Below, in pieces: positions 20,033 through 29,832 of a DNA stretch of 64,000 bases (its first letter is position 1; each line of letters starts with the position of its first letter). This DNA is from a virus (Duplodnaviria > Caudoviricetes). The DNA is taken from IMG/VR virus record IMGVR_UViG_3300020036_003099, positions 1 to 64,000 of that record. One strand, written 5' to 3'. The notes under the pieces were generated by a model. That model saw only the letters and a program-made list of their open reading frames with translations. It had not been told where the DNA came from and did no database searches. The translations under genes and the position numbers were made by a program.

Positions 20033-20920
20033 ATGGCTAATGTATATGAGCTAGTAACAAACGCAATCATTGAACAATTAGAAAACGTTAACCCGAACGA
20101 CTACAAAAAACCTTGGTTTAACATAGGATCGTCGCCAATGAATGCCTTAACAAAGACAAGTTATCGGGGTATTAATACCATCATGTTATCCAATAAACCC
20201 TATCAATCCAATCTGTATGCCTCTTACAAACAATGGGCGGAGAAGGGATGCCAAGTTAACAAAGGGGAAAAAGGACACTGTGTAGTCTTTTGGAAGTTCT
20301 CAAAGTTTGAAGACGTTAACACAGGGGATGAAAAGTCATCAGTTCTTTGTAAACACTATTATGTTTTCAATTCGGAGCAAGTGACCGGAGATTATGCACG
20401 ATTTGTGGAATCTGAAAAGCCTGCTTTAAACCCTTTGGACATTCATAAGGACGCTCAACGGATAACCGATTACTACCTTTTGAACGAGCGTATCGGTTTA
20501 GAGTTTACAGATCGGGCTTGCTATTCACCCTCTTTGGACAGGATACAAATGCCACAACTAGGGCAATTCAAAACCCCTGAGGAATACTATTCGGTTTTCT
20601 TTCATGAAATGGGACATAGTACAGGCAAGGATACACGCCTTGAACGTGACTTAACCGGAGGATTCGGATCAACCAAGTACGCAGAGGAAGAGCTAGTTGC
20701 AGAGTTTACGGCAGCTATGCTTTGTGGTTCTATAGGGTTATCTCAAACACCAAGGCTAGACCATGCAATGTACATTAAAAGCTGGCTATCCGCCCTTAAG
20801 AACGACAAGAGATTCGCTATACAATCAGCATCAAAAGCACAAAAAGCCTGTGACTTTGTACTGGCTAGTGTAGAGAATTATACGGAACACCTTGAAAAGG
20901 TGGAACGTATAAGAGCGTAG
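20033..20920 (+). CDS. ardC: ArdC-like antirestriction ssDNA-binding protein
   Basis: KKPW, YRGIN, YKQW...G.QV.KGEKG N-domain; HEMGHSTG...RL.R and YAEEELVAE zincin-like domain. Confidence 0.88.
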   Translation: MANVYELVTNAIIEQLENVNPNDYKKPWFNIGSSPMNALTKTSYRGINTIMLSNKPYQSNLYASYKQWAEKGCQVNKGEKGHCVVFWKFSKFEDVNTGDEKSSVLCKHYYVFNSEQVTGDYARFVESEKPALNPLDIHKDAQRITDYYLLNERIGLEFTDRACYSPSLDRIQMPQLGQFKTPEEYYSVFFHEMGHSTGKDTRLERDLTGGFGSTKYAEEELVAEFTAAMLCGSIGLSQTPRLDHAMYIKSWLSALKNDKRFAIQSASKAQKACDFVLASVENYTEHLEKVERIRA

Positions 20921-20996
20921 CGGTGATGCCTCAACAATCGCTTGCGATTTTGGGGGAAGTGAACGCAATTTTACCTTTTCCTTAAAAGTAAAAACC

Positions 20997-21164
20997 ATGA
21001 AATGGAGTGAACGAATGATTATTGGACAAATAGCATTTTTACTTATAGCCTTTTTAGGGTTATCGGGCCTATTCGCTATCACGCGAGGAAACCCTTTAGC
21101 GATGTGCGTAGGCTTGTGCTGCGTAGCCTTCTGGTGGGTAGTTATCTTTAAACTAATTTTTTGA
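20997..21164 (+). CDS. Small two-TM membrane protein (55 aa)
   Basis: Below cutoff; MKWSERMIIGQIAFLLIAFLGLSGLFAITRGNPLAMCVGLCCVAFWWVVIFKLIF. Confidence 0.55.
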   Translation: MKWSERMIIGQIAFLLIAFLGLSGLFAITRGNPLAMCVGLCCVAFWWVVIFKLIF

Positions 21165-21178
21165 AAGGAATCTTTAAC

Positions 21179-21832
21179 ATGAGAGACGATTCAGTACATA
21201 CAGAGGATTACAAAGGCTTTAAAATTAAAGTCTATCAAGACGAACTCGCGGAGAATCCTTACGACGACTGGAATATGCTAGGTAAGTTTTACCACTGGCA
21301 TAAAAGAGGGTTCTTTGGTGAAAGCCTAGTCTATCAAAGAACAAACGGTATGACCCCTGAGGACATCATTAAGGAAAAAGGTTGGGAAAGCGCTATCATC
21401 GTCCCTGTATACCTATACGAACACTCAGGGCAAACAATCAGCACTGGCCCCTTTGGTTGCCCTTGGGATTCCGGTTGTGTAGGTTTATGGGTAGTTACTA
21501 GAGAGGAGGCTTTAAAAGAGTTTGGCGGGAAAATCCTAACGAAAGCCTTAAAAGAAAAGGTTAACAAACTAATCGAAAGCCAAGTTAAATCTATAGACAG
21601 GTATTTAACAGGGCAGGTTTACGGCTTTGTTGCAGAAGATAAAGACGGAGAACAAATTGATTCTTGTTGGGGTTTCTATAACGATTATGACGACGAGTAC
21701 ATGATCGGTGAAGCTAAATCGTCTATAGATTACCACTTGAAAGAAAAGGGAAAAGAGAGGATAAACAAACTTAAAACACTGATTAAAAATAGAGTACCAC
21801 TGGACAAACGCAGCCAAATGCTGGCGGCTTAA
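21179..21832 (+). CDS. Early hypothetical protein ending in LAA
   Basis: AAGGA RBS before ATG 21179; LYEHSG...CPWDSG.VG and DSCWGFY motifs. Confidence 0.75.
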   Translation: MRDDSVHTEDYKGFKIKVYQDELAENPYDDWNMLGKFYHWHKRGFFGESLVYQRTNGMTPEDIIKEKGWESAIIVPVYLYEHSGQTISTGPFGCPWDSGCVGLWVVTREEALKEFGGKILTKALKEKVNKLIESQVKSIDRYLTGQVYGFVAEDKDGEQIDSCWGFYNDYDDEYMIGEAKSSIDYHLKEKGKERINKLKTLIKNRVPLDKRSQMLAA

Positions 21833-21848
21833 AAGAAAAAGGGGTAAA

Positions 21849-22274
21849 ATGCAAAACATATTTCACAATCCAGATGGGGCTAACTACCAAGCGCAAGCGG
21901 TTTTAGCTTGTTTACGTAGGTGGGACGGTATCGAAGAATCTTATTCAAAGGATCGGGGTAAATACCTAGCCGAGCCTATGGCTAGTCGCTGGCATAACTG
22001 CAGGGAGCAAGGGTACATAATAACCTTAACGAACCACCGCCACTCTAACCAAATAAACATAGTCTTTTATGAACACAGAAATCACGATGGTATTTGCATC
22101 CTTCAATGGGAATCTCAGTGTACGATTAACCCGCCAACCCTGAGGGATTTACCCGCAGATACCTATAAAGATAAGTACGACTACGCTAAAGACTTTGACT
22201 TTATGCAAATAAAAGAAGCCTCTGACTATATTTACCAAGAGTTAACTAAGTTTTGGATTGCTAACAACGAATAG
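21849..22274 (+). CDS. Hypothetical protein
   Basis: ORF with GGGG RBS in early operon. Confidence 0.7.
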   Translation: MQNIFHNPDGANYQAQAVLACLRRWDGIEESYSKDRGKYLAEPMASRWHNCREQGYIITLTNHRHSNQINIVFYEHRNHDGICILQWESQCTINPPTLRDLPADTYKDKYDYAKDFDFMQIKEASDYIYQELTKFWIANNE

Positions 22275-22291
22275 AAAGGATTGCTATCATC

Positions 22292-22504
22292 ATGGCTATA
22301 CGTGAAACTGTTAAGGAAGCTGGTTACCGATATGTATCTTTCGATAAAGACCTTGGCGGTCACGTTTTAGGTTATAGTGATCCTAGAAACGTAGAAGAAA
22401 AGTTTGAATTGTGGGTAGCTAACAAAAACCACGCTTCATACGGTATCAAGTTTAAGAATACAGACCTAGAGTTCGCTTGTTCACTGCCTTATTACAACGT
22501 TTAA
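22292..22504 (+). CDS. Hypothetical protein
   Basis: AAGGA RBS. Confidence 0.65.
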   Translation: MAIRETVKEAGYRYVSFDKDLGGHVLGYSDPRNVEEKFELWVANKNHASYGIKFKNTDLEFACSLPYYNV

Positions 22505-22534
22505 CGTTCAACAAACCAAGAGGAGACTAAAACT

Positions 22535-23212
22535 ATGGGACAACGCTTTCAAATCTACATTAGAACACCTAAGAAATTCTACAACGAGGGCAACGCTAAC
22601 AATCAACCAGCTTTAACTATCACCTTTCACCACCAATGGCTATACGGAGCAAGCGCCGTTGAAATGATGGATTGGATACTTAGGGTAGTCGATAAAAACA
22701 GGGCTGATAAGTATTCACCCCTTTGGACCCCTCAGGAATCCGTTAAATTCCTAGAGTCAACCTGTGGACTTTTGAACGGGTGGAAAGCCGAACGCGTACA
22801 CGTTATGAACGAACAAATCAAAGGTAAATACAGCACTGAGTATAAAACCTTTGATAATCCCGATATGGGTGACAACAACGATGGTTTTATGGTCATAGAC
22901 TTGGAAGACCCTGAGAACGTGTGTGCATCCTTTGGCTCTTTAGGAAGTACAGAAGGGGAAGTTTCGCTATCACGCGGCCTATACACCCCCCTTCAATATC
23001 TACAAAGCTACTACCCCTTATCTAAGCTCTTAAAAGAAGATAACAGGGAAGACGCTACATACGAAGATGTCTTGCTTAAAATGGAGCCTAGAGGCGGTTC
23101 GGATATGACGGAAGTAATGGATCGTCTATCTAAAGTGCCTATGGTATCCGTGGAGAGACTTAAGAAGATATTTCCTAAGTTTAACCTTTCGGTGGATAAA
23201 GAGGTAGCTTGA
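22535..23212 (+). CDS. Hypothetical protein
   Basis: GAGGAG RBS; MGQRFQIY...HHQWLYG N-terminus. Confidence 0.75.
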   Translation: MGQRFQIYIRTPKKFYNEGNANNQPALTITFHHQWLYGASAVEMMDWILRVVDKNRADKYSPLWTPQESVKFLESTCGLLNGWKAERVHVMNEQIKGKYSTEYKTFDNPDMGDNNDGFMVIDLEDPENVCASFGSLGSTEGEVSLSRGLYTPLQYLQSYYPLSKLLKEDNREDATYEDVLLKMEPRGGSDMTEVMDRLSKVPMVSVERLKKIFPKFNLSVDKEVA

Positions 23213-23277
23213 AATGCGAGGTATACCACGACCTAGAATAATCCGACCACCACCGCCACCTACAAGGATAAGATAAA

Positions 23278-23487
23278 ATGACAAAAGATGAAGAAAAAGA
23301 GTTTAAAAAAGAACTTAAAGCTTTACTACTAAAATACCAAGTACAGATCGGACTTGACTCAGACGCGAGTTCTGACTGGCACGGTATTACAGGTGAAAAA
23401 ATGGTGGCCAGTCCTAACAGTGGTTTCAACAAAGACATTGTTTTAAGTTGGGGTAACTGGTTAGGAGCATCTGACATAGAAGAGTAA
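23278..23487 (+). CDS. Hypothetical protein
   Basis: AAGGA upstream. Confidence 0.6.
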   Translation: MTKDEEKEFKKELKALLLKYQVQIGLDSDASSDWHGITGEKMVASPNSGFNKDIVLSWGNWLGASDIEE

Positions 23488-23702
23488 AGAGGAGAAAGAT
23501 GCTAAACAGTTACAGACTAGCCCTGCACTATAAAGAGCTTGGCTATTCCAAAGGAGTAGCCTACATTCTCATGTGTTTACTGAGTCCCTTTAAACCCAAA
23601 AAGATAAGAAAGTCTCTTAAATACGTTTATGAGACGAGTGAGTGAACAACGAACGAAAGGCTTTGAAATATGTGCATAACAGCGACACAGGAGGCTATTA
23701 AT

Positions 23703-24050
23703 ATGCTAGACAAAACATTCTACGATTATGGTCACGTAGAAAACGCTATAGCGATAAGCTGTGACTTTCACACAAGCAAGTTCTACGATCAGTTCTATGA
23801 CCGGTTTAAAGACCAACTCGGTGGCTTTACAGGTATCTACGACTTTATCCATAAGATGGCCCTTGAGGTTACCCAGTGGGAAGACAATAGAAACGCTGTA
23901 CTAGGTGAGAATAAAGCTTGGGTCGATACAGACATTATATGGATCGAGGCTATTGAACACTTTGTAGAAGTAGTGCAGACTCAGGCACTCCTAAATGGAG
24001 AAATACCTGACATAAGCAAAGTATGGTTGGAAGTAGTTAGAGATATTTAG
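23703..24050 (+). CDS. Hypothetical protein
   Basis: GGAGG RBS before ATG 23703. Confidence 0.65.
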   Translation: MLDKTFYDYGHVENAIAISCDFHTSKFYDQFYDRFKDQLGGFTGIYDFIHKMALEVTQWEDNRNAVLGENKAWVDTDIIWIEAIEHFVEVVQTQALLNGEIPDISKVWLEVVRDI

Positions 24051-24065
24051 AAAAGGAACGAACGT

Positions 24066-24281
24066 ATGACTAGGCTAATCTTATTAACCACCCTATTGGT
24101 TCTCAGTGGGTGTTCCCCTGAGGCCGCTAGAGCGATCCAAGCTATGAACGCTCAGTACCAGTACAACCAAGCGATGGAAGCGGCTTCAACCCCCGCCTTT
24201 GCCCCTGTAGCACCTATGCAAGTACCTATGCAAACGAGGTGTTATCAAATAGGTAACCAAGTAAACTGCAGTCAATTTTAA
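24066..24281 (+). CDS. Putative lipoprotein
   Basis: Signal peptide with lipobox MTRLILLTTLLVLSGC; C-terminal TRCYQIGNQVNC. Confidence 0.7.
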   Translation: MTRLILLTTLLVLSGCSPEAARAIQAMNAQYQYNQAMEAASTPAFAPVAPMQVPMQTRCYQIGNQVNCSQF

Positions 24282-24296
24282 CAAAGGAAAAACACT

Positions 24297-24548
24297 GTGA
24301 CCACCTACATCATTCAAAACAAAACTAACCCTAGACTTTTCTGGAACAAAGAAACCAACGAGTGGGGGAATCGCTATCATTGTTCCAAATATCCCCCTTT
24401 AGAACGCCTTAAGGCCAACATCCCTCTGGACGGTATCTTTATCAACGCCGAGCTTAGGTTAGAGGAAGCCTATACACCTCCTGAGGAATCCCCCAGAGCC
24501 AAGCGATACAACAAAGTAAATAGATCGGAGATATTGAAGCATCGGTGA
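24297..24548 (+). CDS. Hypothetical protein
   Basis: AAGGA RBS, GTG start. Confidence 0.55.
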   Translation: MTTYIIQNKTNPRLFWNKETNEWGNRYHCSKYPPLERLKANIPLDGIFINAELRLEEAYTPPEESPRAKRYNKVNRSEILKHR

Positions 24549-24568
24549 CGAGCGAGTGAAACGAGTGA

Positions 24569-24597
24569 TTGACTTTAAGGGTTTCCTTGTGTATAAA
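24569..24597 (+). promoter_or_regulatory. sigma70 promoter (extended -10)
   Basis: TTGACT-17 nt-(TG)TATAAA. Confidence 0.7.
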
Positions 24598-24643
24598 CAA
24601 AGGGTAACGCCTGGGAAACCCTTATTACTCCCCTTATACCAAA

Positions 24644-24838
24644 ATGATTACGATAAAACTGACACAGACAACCAAGTCTATTTGGAACAAACCCCCTAAA
24701 GAGCTTTGTTTGACTTTAAAAGACCACTGGAACGAGAAAGTGGATCAACACAACATAGCCTCTAAGTTGTCCTCAAAGAAAGCCTTAAGATTTAAAGAGG
24801 AAGTTAAAGGCAACTACAAAATCGAGATTTATTTTTAA
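24644..24838 (+). CDS. Hypothetical protein
   Basis: First ORF after 24569 promoter. Confidence 0.5.
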   Translation: MITIKLTQTTKSIWNKPPKELCLTLKDHWNEKVDQHNIASKLSSKKALRFKEEVKGNYKIEIYF

Positions 24839-24853
24839 ATTAGGAGACCCCCG

Positions 24854-25657
24854 ATGACCGAGAATGAGAAGACTGATATGCCGGATTTACTGCCATGCCC
24901 GTTTTGTGGGCATTCCGCACACAAAGAAGAAGAAACGGGCAATTATGAACATTGCGTCATTATTTGTGGGAATATGAACAAAGAAAATTGTCTTATGAAC
25001 CCCATAATCAGAACTGTTAGCGAAATTGGCAAAACCCCTTCCGCGCGAGAAAAGGCGGTCAATATATGGAACACCCGCGCCGCGCCGGACGGGGGGAAGG
25101 ATACCGTAGCAGCTATCAAGCAATCCTTAAAATTGTGTTCCTACATTCACCCTAATAACCATGATGCGATTATGCGGCTCGTGAAATCCGCCCTTACCCG
25201 CCCCCATGTCGCGGGGGTGGATTTGGAGGCTTTGAAGCGGGAGATTATTACCGCGATTGATGATGCGGATCAGAAGTTTGATCAGAATGACGAACGGTTT
25301 TTGTTTAACTATATGGCCGATCATATCATTGAAGCGTTACGCAAGACAGGCCACCTCGCGCCGAAGCCGAGTGATGCGTCAGCATCCGAGGCCATGCAGG
25401 GGGTGAGTGTGCCGGATGGGTTGGAAGAGGCTTTAAATGCATTTGAATCCTTTAAAAAAGACCCGTTACAATATCACCCGCCTAAAGCACAAGAATATTC
25501 CATGATAATTGAACAAGCAGCCCGCGAACTTTTGCGGATCAAGAAGGGAGAAATAGGGATGGATAAAGAACGTTTATTCGTAGTAGTAACAATTTTAGCG
25601 TTCGTATTTGGTATGACTTTTGGAGCATTAAGGGTCTTGATAGAGGTGACATCATGA
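24854..25657 (+). CDS. Protein with N-terminal Lar (restriction alleviation)-type zinc finger
   Basis: DLLPCPFCG...C...C...AVNIWNTRA; AGGAG RBS. Confidence 0.7.
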   Translation: MTENEKTDMPDLLPCPFCGHSAHKEEETGNYEHCVIICGNMNKENCLMNPIIRTVSEIGKTPSAREKAVNIWNTRAAPDGGKDTVAAIKQSLKLCSYIHPNNHDAIMRLVKSALTRPHVAGVDLEALKREIITAIDDADQKFDQNDERFLFNYMADHIIEALRKTGHLAPKPSDASASEAMQGVSVPDGLEEALNAFESFKKDPLQYHPPKAQEYSMIIEQAARELLRIKKGEIGMDKERLFVVVTILAFVFGMTFGALRVLIEVTS

Positions 25658-25809
25658 CCCAGAAGACCAACCGAAAACACGGAAAAACTAACGATGTTGC
25701 ACGGGAAGTATGGGATAAAATCATGAAAGCAAAAGACGGTGAAATTTTTGTATTCTGTCGAAACGAAATAACTATTCAATTTACCGCTAAAATCTTGAAG
25801 GATAAGTAA
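25654..25809 (+). CDS. Small hypothetical protein (51 aa)
   Basis: GAGGTG RBS; start nearly identical to next gene. Confidence 0.5.
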   Translation: MTQKTNRKHGKTNDVAREVWDKIMKAKDGEIFVFCRNEITIQFTAKILKDK

Positions 25810-26103
25810 ATGACCAAGAAGACCAACCGAGAACAGGCTTTGGAAGCTTTGGATGATCTATATGACAATCAAGGATATTTCCACCCTGTTGATGGTACTA
25901 ACGCGAAGATTGCCAAGTTTGTAGAAGTGTGGGGAATGACCATCCGCGCAGCCCTTATCCAAGAGCCGGTGGATTTGTCGGTGGAGTGGCAAGAGTGGTG
26001 TGGGGTAGCTTGGTTATGCCCGGTGTCTTGGAAACTCGGCTGGAACGCCTGCCTCGATCATTTGGCCCAGCGTTACCCTGATATGTTCAAGGGAGGGGTG
26101 TGA
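25810..26103 (+). CDS. Hypothetical protein
   Basis: Coupled to upstream ORF; C-terminal GWNACLD motif. Confidence 0.6.
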   Translation: MTKKTNREQALEALDDLYDNQGYFHPVDGTNAKIAKFVEVWGMTIRAALIQEPVDLSVEWQEWCGVAWLCPVSWKLGWNACLDHLAQRYPDMFKGGV

Positions 26104-26334
26104 TGCACGCGTTTGTACAAGGAGTATTCTGTGCCACATGCTGGATATTTATTTTTTACCTAACAACACATTGGTGACATCATGACCCTAACCGAACAAC
26201 AAAGGCTGACCGTTTTAAAGGCGTTGGAGAGCTGTTGTTGTAATGGTGATCCAGAATGGTCATATGAGATGATGTATGACCCTGCCTTGGTAAATGAAGC
26301 AATCTCGATCATGAAACGCGTAGGGGTGGAGTAG

Positions 26335-26709
26335 ATGATTAAACTGGATCAAGCAATGCCTTTTGGGAAACATAAAGGGAAGATCGTCAGAGAACTTGCG
26401 CAGACAAACTATAATTACATCTTGTGGTGCAAGCGCGAATTGGGAACGGAGTTTTCTGATGGGGTTATCTATATCGCAAAATACGAAAGCCGTGCATCTG
26501 CCAGTCGCCAATTAGCTTGGGCATACGGTCAGTCCTGCAAAAGAAAGTGGCGCGATTGGTCTAAAATAAAAGACAAAAATCCTGTGCAAAAAGCAGAGCC
26601 TGATAAAATAGACGCTGCTGATTTCTACGAACCAGAAGAGCAAAACTCGCACGAGCCAGATTACGACGAATACGCAGGAATGACGTATTCGGATTTCGGA
26701 AACAATTAA
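26335..26709 (+). CDS. Protein with MPFGKHKG (DUF3820/ExoX C-terminal-like) domain
   Basis: MPFGKHKG...V.E....NYILW motif. Confidence 0.65.
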   Translation: MIKLDQAMPFGKHKGKIVRELAQTNYNYILWCKRELGTEFSDGVIYIAKYESRASASRQLAWAYGQSCKRKWRDWSKIKDKNPVQKAEPDKIDAADFYEPEEQNSHEPDYDEYAGMTYSDFGNN

Positions 26710-26722
26710 AGAGGAGAATAAA

Positions 26723-27103
26723 GTGACCGACTCCACAAAGATCAAGGCGGCTCTGGAGGCTATCATTGCCGTAAATCAATATTTTTACGAACACAACAGC
26801 GATGAAAATAATCCGCGCCAACTTTCTCATGCTGATTATTTTGCAAGTATGTTTCCGGTGGTTGAACAGGCCCGTTCCGCGCTTGCCCCGAAGACCGGAG
26901 AGGGGGATATTGAGACGATAGTAAAACATCTGGAAGAATGGTCTTCTGGTAACGCTGACAAAGAATTCCTGCGAGATGTTGTTCATGAAATAGCATCCCA
27001 AGGCTACCTTCAACCGAAACGAGGCGGGGGAGAGGATAAACCTCTAGGCCTGCAAGGCGGCATGGTCGAGGGCATTCCACCAGATGGCTGCAAGGAGGAA
27101 TGA
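26723..27103 (+). CDS. Hypothetical protein
   Basis: GAGGAG RBS, GTG start. Confidence 0.55.
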   Translation: MTDSTKIKAALEAIIAVNQYFYEHNSDENNPRQLSHADYFASMFPVVEQARSALAPKTGEGDIETIVKHLEEWSSGNADKEFLRDVVHEIASQGYLQPKRGGGEDKPLGLQGGMVEGIPPDGCKEE

Positions 27104-27222
27104 GATGCTAAATGGATTACAACTAATGAAGTATTTCTTTTTTGTTTTGACTTTGTTACTAATTGCAGGTATGTTCGATTAACAGTTAACGTTCTAACCC
27201 CTCCTGAAAGGAGATAACACAA

Positions 27223-27564
27223 ATGAAAAAATCTAAAAAGAGATTTGATTATTCCTCTAAGCACAGAGCTTTAGGTCTCACTATCACCTCTTTGGTTTAC
27301 CAGGCGGTTAAACGCTGTGGGTCCCCTAAGGGCCTCACGGTGGACGACATAAAGAAAACCGTATGGAAAGCCCACCGCATCAGCCTTAAGCACACACAGA
27401 TATACGCTGCCGTACAGAATTTGAGTTTGCAAGGTATCTTTGAGGCTTTCGATCCCCACAAAAGACACGCGCCCAAGAACCAACAGAAAGTTAGAAGACC
27501 TGTAGGCAGACCACGCGGTTCATCCTCTAACGTGGTGCCTTTCTTTAAACGAAAAGCAGCTTAA
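27223..27564 (+). CDS. Putative winged-HTH DNA-binding protein with AT-hook
   Basis: Basic; GLTVDDIKK...LKHTQIYAAVQNL wHTH-like; RRPVGRPRG AT-hook; AAGGAG RBS. Confidence 0.6.
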   Translation: MKKSKKRFDYSSKHRALGLTITSLVYQAVKRCGSPKGLTVDDIKKTVWKAHRISLKHTQIYAAVQNLSLQGIFEAFDPHKRHAPKNQQKVRRPVGRPRGSSSNVVPFFKRKAA

Positions 27565-27607
27565 TCCAAAGAATACACACGACCCGTTAAATGCGGACCT
27601 AAAGATC

Positions 27608-29809
27608 TTGAAAATCAACTCTGACGAACACAAGTTGGAGACTGACGGATTCGATCAGTTCCAACAAAAAGGTTTTTCTATCAAACAATCTGCTAGAGCC
27701 TTTGAAGTCCTTTCCTCTAACCTCTACTCAAACAAAGTTAAAGCCATCGTGCGCGAACTGGGTTGCAATGCCTGGGACGCTCACGTTGAGCGAGAGAAGC
27801 TAAGGAAAAGAAATCCTAAACACCCTCACTTGGCACCGTCTAACCAAGCGTTTGAGATCACCCTGCCTAATACGTGGTCCCCTATGTTTGTCATTAGGGA
27901 CTACGGTATAGGTTTGTCTAACGAAGATGTTTTGGGTTTGTACACAACTTACTTTGGATCAACAAAAGAGCAAAGCAATGACACAATCGGAGCCTTTGGA
28001 CTCGGTTCTAAATCTCCGTTTTGTTATACCGATCAGTTCACTGTTACATCTTTCTTCAACGGTACTAAGTCAACTTACCAAGCTTTTATCGGTGAAGATG
28101 GTGCCCCCGCCATCGCTTTGCTATCATCAGAGCCAACAAGTGAAAAGAATGGTATACAGATCTCTCTTTCAGCCAAAGCCTCTGATTTCAACTCTTTTAA
28201 AGATAACACTCAAGAGGTTTTCAAGTGGTTCACCACTGACAAGCCTTTGGTAAAGGGTCAAAACCCCTTTTGGTTATCCGAGCCTGAAGCTTTTAACGGT
28301 AAGAAATGGTCACATTTCTACAGAACCACCAACACCGTCTCTTTTTTTGTTAGGCAAGGGAACGTGGTTTATCTTGTAGATGTCGATTCGTTTTCTACGA
28401 CTTCGCTATCACAAACGCACAAATCACTTTTAAAGTATAGTTTTGTCGTGGATGTTCCTATAGGTTCCGTAAATGTCACGGCTTCCAGGGAGCGTTTGAA
28501 CTATGACCGCAATACAGAGGCGTATCTCGTGAAGATGCTGGACGGTATGCACAAAGAAATAGTTGATGATTTAAAAACCGAAATTAGTGATACAGACACA
28601 CAATGGAAAGCTGTAGATTTTTTCAACAAAAGAATTAGACAAGACTCTTTTTATAGTCCCTTGGTTCAAGGCTTGTCTCTGAAAAACGGTTTAAAACTGG
28701 AGCACTGCTTGTTTTTTGATCTACGCAAAGAAACAAAGAATGTCGTGCCAGACCCAAAAGATCCCACAAAAACCTTAACAGTCACCACCAAAGAACCCGT
28801 TTTAACAATCTATTTTAAAAGCTACCACAGACAAGACTCAATCACTTATGGTTCTTTTTCCCCTGGAGATTACACTTTAGTCTTCGATGATCTACACGTA
28901 AGCAGTTTCTGGCAAAAGTACGATTTAAACAGGGTTGTAGACGGTAAAAAAGTTTGGTTAATCCGCAGAGTAGACAAAAACATGTCCACCACAGACGCTT
29001 TAACCCTAATCTGTAAACAGTTCGGAGATGTTGACCCTAAAGAAATCCTTAAGTTCTCTTCTCTACCAGACCCCGTAAAAGCACCTAAACGCACGACTCA
29101 AACAAGAAAGCTTTTAAAGTTAAACCCTAGCAAGTCTGCTCAAAGAAGCTTCTGTTTTTGGGAGGACGCCACGCACGATATGTCTAAAGGTGGTTATTTT
29201 GTCTACACCTACGCAGGATCACCCGAAGGTTTCCCTTCAATAGGGACAGCTATAAACGAAGCCTACAGTTTAAATCTTTTAAACTCAGTGGAAGTCTTCG
29301 GGGTTCCCAGGGGCTCCAGAGATATGTTCAATAAAGACGTAGCCGCAAATGCTACAAAGTGGGAACCCTTTAAAACCTATTTAAAGGATCAAGTTTTGGC
29401 TTTTTCCAAAAAATACGACTTTGAAAAAACCGCTGTTTTAAAAAGGGCTTTGTCACTTTTACCTTTAAAGTGGAGGGCAATTTATGGATTCATAACTTTA
29501 CACAATTTAACTTGCTCAAAACAGATAATGTCAGCAGTTCAAGCTTACAATTTGTATCTAAAACTGGTTGAACCTGTCGTTTCCGCCTCGTTAACTATTA
29601 ACAAGTACATCGCTTTAGGTCACGCAGTTGGTGTAGATGTTCAAGATGTTTTCTCCAGCGAACCTGAAAAAACTGAAAGTGACTACAAATTAGGGTTGAC
29701 AAAAGAGACACAAAGCCTTAAAACAAAGTATCCGCTGGTGGATCTCCTTGATTTACCCGAGAAACCTACCCAGGAAGACCTGACCAACATCCAAGCCTAT
29801 TTAAGCTGA
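27608..29809 (+). CDS. rIIA: RIIA-like protein (GHKL/Hsp90-type ATPase N-domain)
   Basis: LSSNLYSNK..AIVRELGCNAWDAH, IRDYGIGLS, STKE..N..IGAFGLGSKSPFCYTDQFTV; adjacent to rIIB. Confidence 0.85.
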   Translation: MKINSDEHKLETDGFDQFQQKGFSIKQSARAFEVLSSNLYSNKVKAIVRELGCNAWDAHVEREKLRKRNPKHPHLAPSNQAFEITLPNTWSPMFVIRDYGIGLSNEDVLGLYTTYFGSTKEQSNDTIGAFGLGSKSPFCYTDQFTVTSFFNGTKSTYQAFIGEDGAPAIALLSSEPTSEKNGIQISLSAKASDFNSFKDNTQEVFKWFTTDKPLVKGQNPFWLSEPEAFNGKKWSHFYRTTNTVSFFVRQGNVVYLVDVDSFSTTSLSQTHKSLLKYSFVVDVPIGSVNVTASRERLNYDRNTEAYLVKMLDGMHKEIVDDLKTEISDTDTQWKAVDFFNKRIRQDSFYSPLVQGLSLKNGLKLEHCLFFDLRKETKNVVPDPKDPTKTLTVTTKEPVLTIYFKSYHRQDSITYGSFSPGDYTLVFDDLHVSSFWQKYDLNRVVDGKKVWLIRRVDKNMSTTDALTLICKQFGDVDPKEILKFSSLPDPVKAPKRTTQTRKLLKLNPSKSAQRSFCFWEDATHDMSKGGYFVYTYAGSPEGFPSIGTAINEAYSLNLLNSVEVFGVPRGSRDMFNKDVAANATKWEPFKTYLKDQVLAFSKKYDFEKTAVLKRALSLLPLKWRAIYGFITLHNLTCSKQIMSAVQAYNLYLKLVEPVVSASLTINKYIALGHAVGVDVQDVFSSEPEKTESDYKLGLTKETQSLKTKYPLVDLLDLPEKPTQEDLTNIQAYLS

Positions 29810-29832
29810 GACCAGCTTTCCCTGTAAATCAA

